The position numbers and the translations under genes are program-made. From contig OZ024742.1 in assembly GCA_964016885.1 (NCBI GenBank), forward strand, positions 130,386,001 through 130,450,000: a stretch of DNA of 64,000 nucleotides, read 5' to 3'. Position 1 is the stretch's first letter. Each line of letters starts with the position of its first letter. The notes below the pieces were generated by a model. It worked only from the letters and a program-made list of their open reading frames with translations. It searched no databases and was not told where the DNA came from. Of the stretch, positions 1 through 12,335 are shown one piece after another. Source of the stretch: Eledone cirrhosa. Its lineage: Eukaryota.

Positions 1-37
1 ACAAAGGAGAGGCACAAAACAAAGAAAAGAATCCCCA

Positions 38-80
38 GTCACTGAAGAGGTCACAGAATGTGTGATGAAAGAACTTTGAC
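38..80 (+). ncRNA. Degenerate minimal type I hammerhead ribozyme (Penelope pLTR-like)
   Basis: GTCA-CTGAAGAG-[GTCACA gaatg TGTGAT]-GAAA-G aa C-TT-TGAC: stem I GTCA/TGAC, core boxes, stem II and a CUU site. Confidence 0.5.
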
Positions 81-273
81 AATATATGAACAACCGTCCG
101 GTTGTGGAACCAACCAACCAACCGGGAATTTATAAATTTTTAAATTTATAATTTAATTTATAATAAATTGGAGTGAAAGCAACTTGTGCGTGTGTTTCTT
201 ATTGGCAACATGACCCTCCCAAAGTATAACAATATCGGTTTCAACACACGTTTTCAGATAAAGAATCTTGCTA

Positions 274-310
<37 letters not shown>

Positions 311-508
311 TAAAATAACAGATTAAAGTTTAAGCAAAGAATCGCTGCTTTCACCCTTAACGGGATCTTCTGAAACTAACAAAGTCAATCTGTAAACGCA
401 GAACTGGATATTTCAAAAAACGTTGCAACCGGAGGAAGACAGGAAGACGATACTTTGGTTCATGGTGACGTTCGCTAGCAAAGAACGGGAAAAAACGAAT
501 AATACGTC

Positions 509-600
509 ATATAGGAAAAGAGTCAGGACCCCAACGGCTGAGCTCCGGCCATTTTGACAAACCTAGCTGTCGAAATGGCCGTCGGGGTCCTGACTCTTTT

Positions 601-607
<7 letters not shown>
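509..607. repeat. Short fold-back (hairpin) element next to (TA)n
   Basis: ATATAGGAAAAGAGTCAGGACCCC...GGGGTCCTGACTCTTTTCCTATAT, with an inner GGCCATTTTGACA/TGTCGAAATGGCC stem. Confidence 0.8.
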
Positions 608-692
<85 letters not shown>

Positions 693-980
693 CAAATAAC
701 GAAACGAAATTAAATTTCGTTTCGTTTGTAACTCACTTTTGTATGACTGACGCTTAAACAATTAAGTTAAAAATGTACATCTACATATGTATACTGAAAT
801 ACTAGTATGCATATGAATACACACACGTATACATATGTAGATGTACCAAGTCTTTCACTGGTTACTTTACTGTGAGTATCCAGCTATTCTGTATGTAAAC
901 ACACAGACAAACCGGTTTTTAGAGTCATACTGGTTTTTGAGGAAACACCTTTCCTCTATTCTCCAGAAAGCCAGACAAGG

Positions 981-1025
981 AATATTGAACTAGTTTCGTT
1001 GTTGTTACAACTCATCAGCAATATT
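981..1025 (-). ncRNA. Minimal type I hammerhead ribozyme (antisense copy)
   Basis: Exact reverse complement of 1313-1357. Confidence 0.85.
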
Positions 1026-1312
1026 TACCTATCTACCGGCCTTTCTGGAGAATCGTAAAAGCACATATCGTTATATGCTTTTTCTATGAAAATTAGTAGT
1101 GGGCAGACTAATTTGCATAGAGTGTGAGTACGTACCGGTTCAACGGAGACGATAAAAACAAATAACGAAACGAAATTTAATTTCGTTTCGTTTGTAACTC
1201 ACTTTTGTACTCACACTCTATGCAAATTAGTCTGCCCACTACTAATTTTCATAGAAAAAGCATATAACGATATGTGCTTTTACGATTCTCCAGAAAGGCC
1301 GGTAGATAGGTA

Positions 1313-1357
1313 AATATTGCTGATGAGTTGTAACAACAACGAAACTAGTTCAATATT
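1313..1357 (+). ncRNA. Minimal type I hammerhead ribozyme
   Basis: AATATTG-CTGATGA-GTTG taacaa CAAC-GAAA-CTAG-TT-CAATATT: 7-bp stem I, canonical core, palindromic stem III (AACTAGTT), GUU cleavage triplet. Confidence 0.88.
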
Positions 1358-1633
1358 CCTTGTCTGGCTTTCTGGAGAATAGAGGAAAGGTGTTTCCTCA
1401 AAAACCAGTATGACTCTAAAAACCGGTTTGTCTGTGTGTTTACATACAGAATAGCTGGATACTCACAGTAAAGTAACCAGTGAAAGACTTGGTACATCTA
1501 CATATGTATACGTGTGTGTATTCATATGCATACTAGTATTTCAGTATACATATGTAGATGTACATTTTTAACTTAATTATATATATATATATATTGTTTT
1601 AACGGTCTATTCTCCGATTTTTTACTTTCCCAC

Positions 1634-1732
<99 letters not shown>

Positions 1733-1764
1733 AAGAGGCAGGCTGTGTGATTACTGAAAACGAA

Positions 1765-1926
1765 GTGTAAGAGGGTAATAGGGACGTGAACAAGAGAAGA
1801 AAATTAGCCCTTCGTCAGCTGTTTATAACGGATCATAGATGTTTCGGCGTTTATATGATCCGTAGTAAACAGCTGACAAAGTGCTACTTTTCTTCTCTTG
1901 TTTACGTCCCTATTAGCCTCTTACAC
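1765..1926. repeat. ~160-bp imperfect fold-back element between microsatellites
   Basis: GTGTAAGAGGGTAATAGGGACGTGAACAAGAGAAGAAAA... pairs with ...TTTTCTTCTCTTGTTTACGTCCCTATTAGCCTCTTACAC; pairing continues to a short central loop. Confidence 0.8.
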
Positions 1927-1928
1927 AC

Positions 1929-2011
<83 letters not shown>

Positions 2012-2153
2012 GATAAACAGAAATACAAAAAAATGACAGTACATGGAGGAAATATATTAGTTTAACGCTTGAAATAGTAGGAAGAGAGTCTAAGTGTTTC
2101 AGCACACGCAGCCAAAGCGCATGCACACACGCACATACACACTTATGTGAAGG

Positions 2154-2209
<56 letters not shown>

Positions 2210-2466
2210 CCACACAATTAGGAAGGGGAGAATAATACATAAATTAGGGATTCATTATGGTATTGCTGTGCAATTTCCTTAGGTGTGAATTTTTGGTTAT
2301 CATGCAGAGAGTATTTCTCAAGCCTTATGACAGTATTTGCCTCATATAGATAGACGTGTTCTATAGATGACTTCTAAGTTTGGTGGTTCGTAGATGTCGG
2401 AGGGATATGATGTGATACCCAAATGATATTTTGATTTATTTTAAACCCAAATAAATACAATTATAT

Positions 2467-2650
2467 GGATTGGCAGTATCGGTAGAGGATCGGACGCCAT
2501 GCTTTCGAGCATAGTTACGTCCCTTTATGGTCTGAGTTCAAATCCCGCCGAGGTTAACTTTGCCTTTCATCCTTACGGGGTCGATAAAATAAAGTACCAG
2601 TAATACACTAGGATAATTGCTGGCCTTGTGCCCAAAGTAGAAACAATTAT
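2467..2650 (+). mobile_element. tRNA-derived SINE (representative of ~20 copies/fragments in the window)
   Basis: A-box-like TGGCAGTATCGG, B box GAGTTCAAATCC, core GCCTTTCATCCTTACGGGGTCGATAAAATAAAGTACCAG, tail GGCCTTGTGCC...GAAACAATTAT. Confidence 0.9.
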
Positions 2651-2774
2651 ATGATATATTTTCATCTACCTCTAAGTATGTGCAGCAGTCCTCGTCAGAT
2701 ACCTGTGGATTAGTCAGGCCATTGATAAAGATGTTGCTAGATTGTCTTGTAGTTATTCCTCGCTTGACAATCAT
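2651..2774 (-). pseudogene. Small non-LTR reverse transcriptase fragment (R4/Dong-like thumb region)
   Basis: IVKRG...INGLT...TYLEVDENISY resembles the KYLGxDENIxY region of non-LTR RTs (recalled, not searched). Confidence 0.35.
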
Positions 2775-2789
2775 CTACTAATGTATAAT

Positions 2790-2950
2790 GGTTTCTTATA
2801 TAGACACAATGTTAGCAATTTTGGGGGAGGGGAAAGTCGATTAAATCAACCCCAGTGCGTGACTGGTACTTTATTTTATCGACCCTGTAAGGATGAAAGG
2901 CAAAGCTAATCTCAGCGGGATTTGACCTCAGATCATAAAGGGATATAATA
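2790..2950 (-). mobile_element. SINE copy (longer variant)
   Basis: Reverse complement of the SINE core. Confidence 0.8.
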
Positions 2951-3418
2951 CCATTGTGTTTTTGTCCGTCACAAGAGATGACTGAGGAAGGAAGGGATGA
3001 TGACAAACTGAGGAAGGAAGGGGTGATGACAAACTGACAAAGGAAGGGGTGATGACCAAACTCCAGAAAACGGCGTTGGTGTGTGTATATATATAGCGAA
3101 TTGGCTACACACATAGGTTGTTATGATTATGTGAATGTGTGTGTGTATGTGTGTATATGTCTGTGTGTGTGTGTGTGTGCGTGCGTGTGCGTTTGTGTAA
3201 AATATATTTATATATAATATTTGAGTGTATATGTGTTTGTGTGTATTTATTTAGAAAGATACATAGACAATAGAATTACAGACACACGGTCATTTACACA
3301 TACATATATATAAAGAGACACACTTAGAAAAACATAATTATTACATACACACACCAAAGGGGGCTGTGACAAAGTATAGAAAACAGCGTGTTACTCATAC
3401 ATATAAATGTATATATAT

Positions 3419-4795
<1,377 letters not shown>

Positions 4796-5351
4796 TATAT
4801 GTGTGTGCATGTAATAATTATTTTCTCTAATGAGTCTGTTTATGTATGTTTGTGTGTATCCGTGTGTATATAATAATTATTTTTAACCAGCGTTCTTTTA
4901 GTAACTATACATAGACTAACCAGCGTTATTTCAGTAACTAAAATCAAATTCATTCAAATATGATGATCGATGTCACATCTCAAAATACAACCATTAGATA
5001 ACATTGAATTACCATTAGATAACATTGATAACTTGAATTACCATCCATATTCTATCTATGTTTTGTTAAAAATAATTATTACAATCACACACATCTCCAC
5101 AAACATATACAAACTCATTAGAGAAAATAATTATTGTCTGAGTGTATCAAGAATATAAAACAACCGCAGTTGAAAGGTATATTATAAATACACATCTACC
5201 CTTAATTTAACAGTTCATATATGTGCATAATTTATTTATATTAAGAAATGTATGTAATAGATTTTGAATAGGGAATTTTTATAACATCAACTATAAATCA
5301 CGGCCTGCTTTTTGTGGCTTTAAGTCGTACGAGTTTACGTTAGTTTCAGTA

Positions 5352-7266
5352 ATGGAGAGCGCAATTGAAAGGAAACGTCGTTTAGCGAGAGAAAGACAGA
5401 GGAATAGAAGAGAAAACCTCTCAGCGGAAAGATCTGCTGCTATCAGAAACCAAGACAGAATTCGACAAGCACGTAGCCGTGAAAATGAAACTAATGCAAG
5501 GAGAGAATATCAGAGAGAAAGAGTTTCGCAAAGGATTTTAAACAAAACAGAAGAAAAGACTATTCAAAGAGGGCAAAGGAATACCAATGTAATGTGAGCT
5601 GCCTGTTTAAATGATGCAGGTTTTATACCTAATAATGGTTTCTTATATAGGCACAAGGCCAGCAGTTTTGGGGGAGGGGAAAGTCGATTAAATCGATCCC
5701 AGTGCGTGACTGGTGCTTTATTTTATCAACCCCGTAAGGATGAAAGGCAAAGTTAATCTCGGCGGAATTTTCAGAGTTCACATTCATAACTGTGGAAATA
5801 TGGAGCTTAATTGTCTGTTTTTCTGCAGAGAAACCACCAGATGGACGTTTTAATAACGTCCATTTGCCTTTGGCACAAAGGCAACATTTTACGTCCTATC
5901 AGAAGAGAATTTCCATCATATTTAGTTTCATTGTTATCTGATTAAAACTATCCTCATTATAGGAATTTCAAAGAAAACATTGGGTTATATAATTCATCAC
6001 TATCATTCGCTTCGATTGGTGCTCAAGTGCAGAATCCACCAGGAAAAGGCCCATTTTGTTTCCGCGTGCATGGACAAATTTACCACAGAACTTCACATAT
6101 TCATCCAAATGAAGGCAAACGAAGACAATATGTTCAGCGCCCAAGCAACAGAAATAAGAGTTCCGAATCACGCCAATTCAGGTTGTCCCCAAAAAGTGCT
6201 CGAAAATTTGGATAATATTATTCGTAGAGATAATGTGTCTGCTCAGTCTTTTCAAACACTTCGTGAAATGGGAGTACAAGAAGAACAGCGTGCTCAAGAA
6301 GAAAACATTGATATGCCAAGCGTCAACTTTATATTCAACAGAGACTAAATATTGTATTCAGAAACGAAGGCGAACCACAATTTCATAGAGATTTAAAAAT
6401 ATATCCAAGGATCTCTGAGGCTCCTACTATAAATGTCAACATCTTGAGCCCAAATCTTGATCCGATGACGTACGTATTGTTTTTCCCACACAGTGAACCA
6501 GGATGGCAACCAAACATGACTGGAAACATTTCAATGCTTCAACATAAAATATCTTAAACTGCTGCAAGGGATAATGAATTCAATCCCCTTTTGCACGGAG
6601 GAAAACCTTTTCAACAGTGGGTTGTAGAGTCTCACAAGCTGAAGCTAACAATTTAAATTACATACGAACACAACAAAACAATCTGAAAGTGGAACAATAT
6701 CAAGGACTTGCTGACCATTTAGTCAATGCAGTAAATACTGAAGATGTTCAAATCGGACGAACAGTCATTCTTCCATCATCATTCCAAGGATCAGCAAGAA
6801 ATATGAGAGAGCGATACCAAGATTCATTAGCAATTGTAAGAAAATTTGGTCCACCTGATATATCAAAGTGTTGATGTGTTGATTGACGAAAGTGACGAGA
6901 ATATCATGAATTATCCGGAAAAGGTTTTGAATTCTTTGATGCCACCAGGCATGACCCCATACAATCTAGCACTGAAGAAAATTTCCATTGTGATTTTGCT
7001 GAGAAATTTGTATCCAGCTAGTTGGTACTCGACTTTTGGTTTTATCTTCTAATGAATTTTATATTCATACAAAAATCATTACAGGCAGTCAAAAAGGAAA
7101 TGAAGCTTTCATACCACGAGTTGACCTGCGTCCGAGTGAAACAGATCTACCCTTCAATATGAGCAGTTCCCTGTGATACCAGCTTTTGCCATGATCATAA
7201 ACAAATCGCAAGGGCAGAGCTTCGAAAAAGTTGGTATTTATTTGCCAGCTTCCATATTTAGCCACT
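5352..7266 (+). mobile_element. Internally deleted Helitron RepHel pseudogene (SINE inserted at ~5635-5771)
   Basis: YNSSLSFASIGA..PGKGPFCFRVHGQIYH; ILPSSFQGSARNM..YQDSLAIVRKFGPPD (Helitron_like_N); LNSLMPPGM..ILLRNL; FPVIPAFAMIINKSQGQSFEKVGI (PIF1 helicase). Confidence 0.9.
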
Positions 7267-7357
7267 GCCTTTCATCCTTATGGGGTCGATAAAATAAAGC
7301 ACCAGTAACGCGCTGGGGTCGATTTAATCAACTTTAGCCTCCCACCAAAGTTGCTGC
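7266..7357 (+). mobile_element. SINE fragment
   Basis: SINE core sequence. Confidence 0.75.
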
Positions 7358-9040
7358 TGCCATTATTAACTTTATACATGTACTTACATTGCTTTTACTA
7401 CATATTATATATCTACCTCGCTATCGAAATGTTAACGAGATGAAATCTTTCGACAGAACTTTTGAGCCAAATTTCAATAAGCACACACATACATACACCT
7501 TCACACACACACACTCATATACCTTCACACACACATACACCACACACCACACACACACACATATACCTTCACACGTCCACGTCCACACATATACACAGAC
7601 ACAGACACACGGACACGCAAACACCCACACACATACACACACATACACGGACACACGGACACATACACACACAAACACGGACACACACACACACACACAC
7701 AACAAACACACACGCGGACACGTAAACACATACACAAACACAGCGACAGACACATACAACCACACAATGAGACCAATATGTCTTAATTTCCTTTCATTTA
7801 TCATAGTTGTACGTCATCTAAGTTATGATTTCCTCCTTTGATTTGGCAGAAAATCAGGCTTCCTTCCGTTTCAGGTGAACTTTAACACTGCAGCAATGTA
7901 TTTGGATAACAATCCCATCGCATCCTTGGGAGAATGTTTTATTGGATCACAACCTCTGTATAAACATATAATCGATTTAAGAAAGCTTGCTGATTTTGAA
8001 AACTCTCGGGGAATTCAAACTAATCTGTTTGATTTTCGTTTCTGGTTTCCTTTAACCCTTTCAATATACAGTTATATGTGAGTTCGCACGAAGTTTTAGA
8101 GTTACTGGCGAAGAAATTATTACTAATGCGATAGTTTCTGCTATAAGTTTGGCTTCTACGTTGACTAGGGAAATATATCTCATCTCTCGTTATTGTTACA
8201 TAAATCTTAACACAACATATTCAGTAGCTTATCAACACTGGCTTAGTTTTTTTTCCTTAAAAATGTCATTGAATTGAGAGCAAATTTTCGGATTTTCTTT
8301 AGGCGTTATTTCAAAGATATTTCGCCATTATAGACATATGTTCATATATAGATAGTCATGCATACATATAAATACATACACATATACACGTATACATTTG
8401 TATGTATAATTATGTATGCGGAAAGTAAACGGAAACAACAAAGCAAACAACACAGTACAATGGAGAAATATATTAGTTTAACGCTTGATATACTAAGAAA
8501 AGAATGTTTAACGCTTGATATACTAAGAAAAGAATGTTTACGTTTCGGGCACAAGTCCTTTACCAGAAGATAGAATGAGAAAGGAAAAAGATGAAATAGA
8601 AAGATAGAAAGTGAGAAGAGGAAGGATCAGAAAAACAGTTTTTGGAGAAAAAGCACGAGTGTATTCTGTCAGCTATACACAAACGCGCTACGGGGGGCTG
8701 GGAGGCTCTTTACTTTGGTAAGTTTTATAAGCCATATTTGTATGTCTTTGAGACAGCCAGTGTGAATGCATTTGAATGAGCTTGCAGACAGCATAACTAT
8801 AGTCTGACCGCAGCAGTGAGCAGGTGTGCAGGTGTGTCCGGTAATTGAGACATTAACCGGTAATTGAGATCCTAAAAATGGAAAAACCCACAGTCAACTG
8901 GGTCAAAGACACTTTGAGCGCAGCCAGTTAGAATCTTATCTTTCCTTCACCGATAACAATGTATTTCATGTCTGAAATTATTGACTCAACCGTAACGAGT
9001 TAACACTATGTTGATCTATTTTATTCCCTATTGTATAAAT

Positions 9041-9227
9041 AATTGTTTCTATTTTAGGCACAAGGCCATCAATTACCCAGTACATTACTGGTACTTTTTT
9101 TATCGACCCCGTAGGATGAAAGGCAAAGTTAACCTCGGCGGGATTTGAACTCAGATCATAAAGAGACGTAACTCTATGCTTCAAAGCATGGTGTCCGACT
9201 CTCTACCGATACTGCCAATCCTCCGCC
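9041..9227 (-). mobile_element. Full-length SINE with target-site duplication
   Basis: CCCTATTGTATAAATAAT at 9026-9043 and 9226-9243. Confidence 0.92.
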
Positions 9228-9279
9228 CTATTGTATAAATAATATTACAAATAAGAAAAAGAAAAGAAAAACAGAAGCG

Positions 9280-10292
9280 GGTAGCACACACATCTAGGAT
9301 CACACACAACACATAATCAGATAATACACACATCTAGGACCACATACAACACATAAGCAAGTAATACACACATCTAAGACCATATGCAACACATAAGGAG
9401 GTAGCACACGCATCTAGGACCACATACAACACACAGGCAGGTAATACATACATCCATATACAACACATAAGCAGGTAATACAAACATCTAGGACCACATG
9501 CAACACATAATCAGGTAACACATAATCAGGTAATACAAACATCTAGGACCACATACAACACATAATCAGGTAAAACATACATCTAGGACCACATACAACA
9601 CATAAGGAGGTAATACACACATCTAGGACCACATACAACACATAAGGAGGTAATACACACATCTAGGACCACATACAACACACAAGCAGGTAATACATAC
9701 AGCTGGGAACACATGCAATACATAAGCAGGTAATACATACATCTAGGACCACATACAACACATAAGCAAGTAATACACACATCTAAGACCATATGCAACA
9801 CATAAGGAGGTAGCACACGCATCTAGGACCACATACAACACACAGGCAGGTAATACATACATCCATATACAACACATAAGCAGGTAATACAAACATCTAG
9901 GACCACATGCAACACATAATCAGGTAACACATAATCAGGTAATACAAACATCTAGGACCACATACAACACATAATCAGGTAAAACATACATCTAGGACCA
10001 CATACAACACATAAGGAGGTAATACACACATCTAGGACCACATACAACACATAAGGAGGTAATACACACATCTAGGACCACATACAACACACAAGCAGGT
10101 AATACATACAGCTGGGAACACATGCAATACATAAGCAGGTAATACATACATCTAGGACCACATACAACACACAAGCAGGTAATATATACAGCTGGGACCA
10201 CATGCAATACATAAGCAGGTAATACATACATCTAGGACTACATACAACACACAGGCAGGTAATACATACATCTAGGACCACATACAACACAC
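9280..10292. repeat. ~40-bp minisatellite with a 409-bp higher-order duplication
   Basis: Unit ~GGTAATACACACATCTAGGACCACATACAACACATAAGCA; variant units recur at a +409 offset (9361 vs 9770). Confidence 0.95.
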
Positions 10293-11327
10293 ATTGTATC
10301 ATGTGCTACGGACGACGCAAGAGCAATGGTCTGCCAACATAAGGGCTTCGTCACTCTTCTGAAGAGAGAAAACCTATCTGTATTTGCTGTTCATTGTGTC
10401 ATTCATCGACAAAACTTGGCTGCGAAGAAACTCAGCAAGCCGCTGAGCAAGTCCTTGCAGGTGGCCATTGATGTCATCAATTTTATCAAATGGCATTCCC
10501 TCAATGAACGAATTTTCCGGCAACTGTGCCAAGATAATGACGAAGAATTCATCAAGCTGCTCCTTCATACTGAAGTGAGGTGGCTTTCAAAGGGCAAGTG
10601 CTTTACTCACTTCTTTGAACTCTTCGACTCTACCATTGAGTTTCTGCGAGGACGCAACACAGAACTGTACAAGAAAACCCTCGATGTGAGGCAAGACTGC
10701 ACCTACCTCACCGACATCTTCGACAAATGCAATATCGCCATTTTGGCTTTGTAGGGGAAGAAGATCACCTTGCTTAAAGCAAGAAATGCTGTGAAAACAT
10801 TCCTGGCCAAATTGAATGTCATCGAAAGGAATCTTTGTTGACAGGAATTCTATAATTTTCCTAGTGTTGCCAATGTTCAAAACATTGTAAGCGATGACCA
10901 AATTTATACCACTCACCCCCGTGCGCTACAAGACAACATGAGAGAACGGTTTGTCGACCTTTTTGCAGATCCCTTCATAGCTAACGTCGACGATTTGGAC
11001 GTTAAATTTCAGGAAGAATTCATTGAACTTCAAGCAGATGACATGATCAAAATTAGATTTCCTAAAATAGGCGAACCCCTTTTTGGGATGCAAGAGGAAA
11101 TTCAGCGTTGATTTCCACATCTACATGCAGAGGCTAAGAGATTTGCTCTGCCTTTTCCAAGCTCATACTTAGTCAAGAGGAGGTTTGGTGCTGTTTCCAG
11201 ACTGCACAGTAAGTCTCGCAATCGCTACAATGTAATTACACGTGGAGATCTCTGGCTACATCTTAGGAAAATTCAGCCTCACGTCAAAGAGTTAGCTAGA
11301 CTCCATGAAGCTCAAAGGTCCCATTGA
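10293..11327 (+). pseudogene. 5'-truncated hAT (Buster/Charlie-type) transposase
   Basis: CATD..AM, VHCVIHRQNLAAK, LLLHTEVRWLSKG, LPFPSSYL, RGDLWLHL..IQP..AQRSH*; internal stops. Confidence 0.9.
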
Positions 11328-11944
11328 AATGAGGATATGCTATTGTTGCAAAGCAAACTAACAATTTTTTTTATTTGTAGTTGCAGTCTGACTAGACTGG
11401 AAACCATCTACTACAATTCACTTACTCATTTGTTGTATATATTTTACCATTTACTAATAAATATATCCTCCCGCATGGTCATGAAAACCCTCTTCCGTGG
11501 TCTCTAATCTCACAAAGCAGAGGGGACATCAAGTTAGATATCAACATTTATTCTGTCCGTTTCATTAAAGGGAAAATTGGAAAGCTTTGAAATGATATAA
11601 TTGCCACTTTCTTCCAGATAAGAGCTCTCTTGGGATAGAAAAAGTTGCTCTTGTATAAATGTTCAAAATCGCCTGGTGGGAATATAACAAATTCAACTGG
11701 TCCTTATTCATAAAGAAGAACATTTATGTTCCTTTTTTTGAAATTTATATATTTCCTTTCAAGGAATGTATTAATACTCTCAGCTGCCTGCAATGGTATC
11801 TTTGGAATATTGTTAACCAATTTTTTTAGTAATCTACTGATATCAAAATCAGTAGTATATTGATAAATGGAAAAATAGGGTAGTGGGGCGTTTCGTGATT
11901 TCGAGAGACAAAATGGCTTAAATGGGTTGAAAACCTGTGTATTA

Positions 11945-12152
11945 GATAAAGGGTCGGACGCCATGCTTTACAGCAAAGAGTTACGGCCCTTTATGGTCTG
12001 AGTTCAAATCCCGCCGAGGTTAACTTTGCCTTTCATCCTTACGGGGTCGATAAAATAAAGTACCACTGGGATAATTGCTGGCCTTACGGGGTCGATAAAA
12101 TAAAGTACCACTGGGATAATTGCTGGCCTTGTGCCAAAAGTAGAAACAATTA
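11945..12152 (+). mobile_element. SINE with an internal 45-bp tandem duplication
   Basis: CCTTACGGGGTCGATAAAATAAAGTACCACTGGGATAATTGCTGG twice (12037, 12082). Confidence 0.9.
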
Positions 12153-12335
12153 TTTTATGCATTTTCATTTCTTATACAAATGTCAGGTTTTGGTCCAGTC
12201 GATCCCTGACTTGGGTATTTTAAACGTGGCGGAGCCCATCCCTCTCCATGTCGAAACACCACTGATTTCTTCCTGAGAAGAGATAGATAGATAGACAGAT
12301 AGATAGATAGACAGATAGATAGACAGATAGATAAG

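Larger units (their letters stand above)
686..1578. mobile_element. Non-coding inverted-repeat element with two hammerhead ribozymes (Penelope pLTR/retrozyme-like), inserted in (TA)n
   Basis: Arms 760-1131 and 1207-1578 are reverse complements; 686-743 is repeated at 1152-1209; (TA)n on both flanks. Confidence 0.8.

Noticed and set aside
2467-2545. tRNA gene
   Set aside because: A/B boxes belong to a SINE head; no cloverleaf
8535-8572. Hammerhead-like CTGGTAAAGG..CCCGAAACG on minus (related repeat tails at ~2030-2105 and ~36300-36365)
   Set aside because: Core too degenerate and no stem I; at most a decayed pLTR end
9280-10292. CRISPR-like appearance of the 40-bp array
   Set aside because: No unique spacers, no cas genes, eukaryotic context
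10326-10754. Domesticated ZBED/SCAND3-like gene
   Set aside because: Truncated with stops; a transposon fossil
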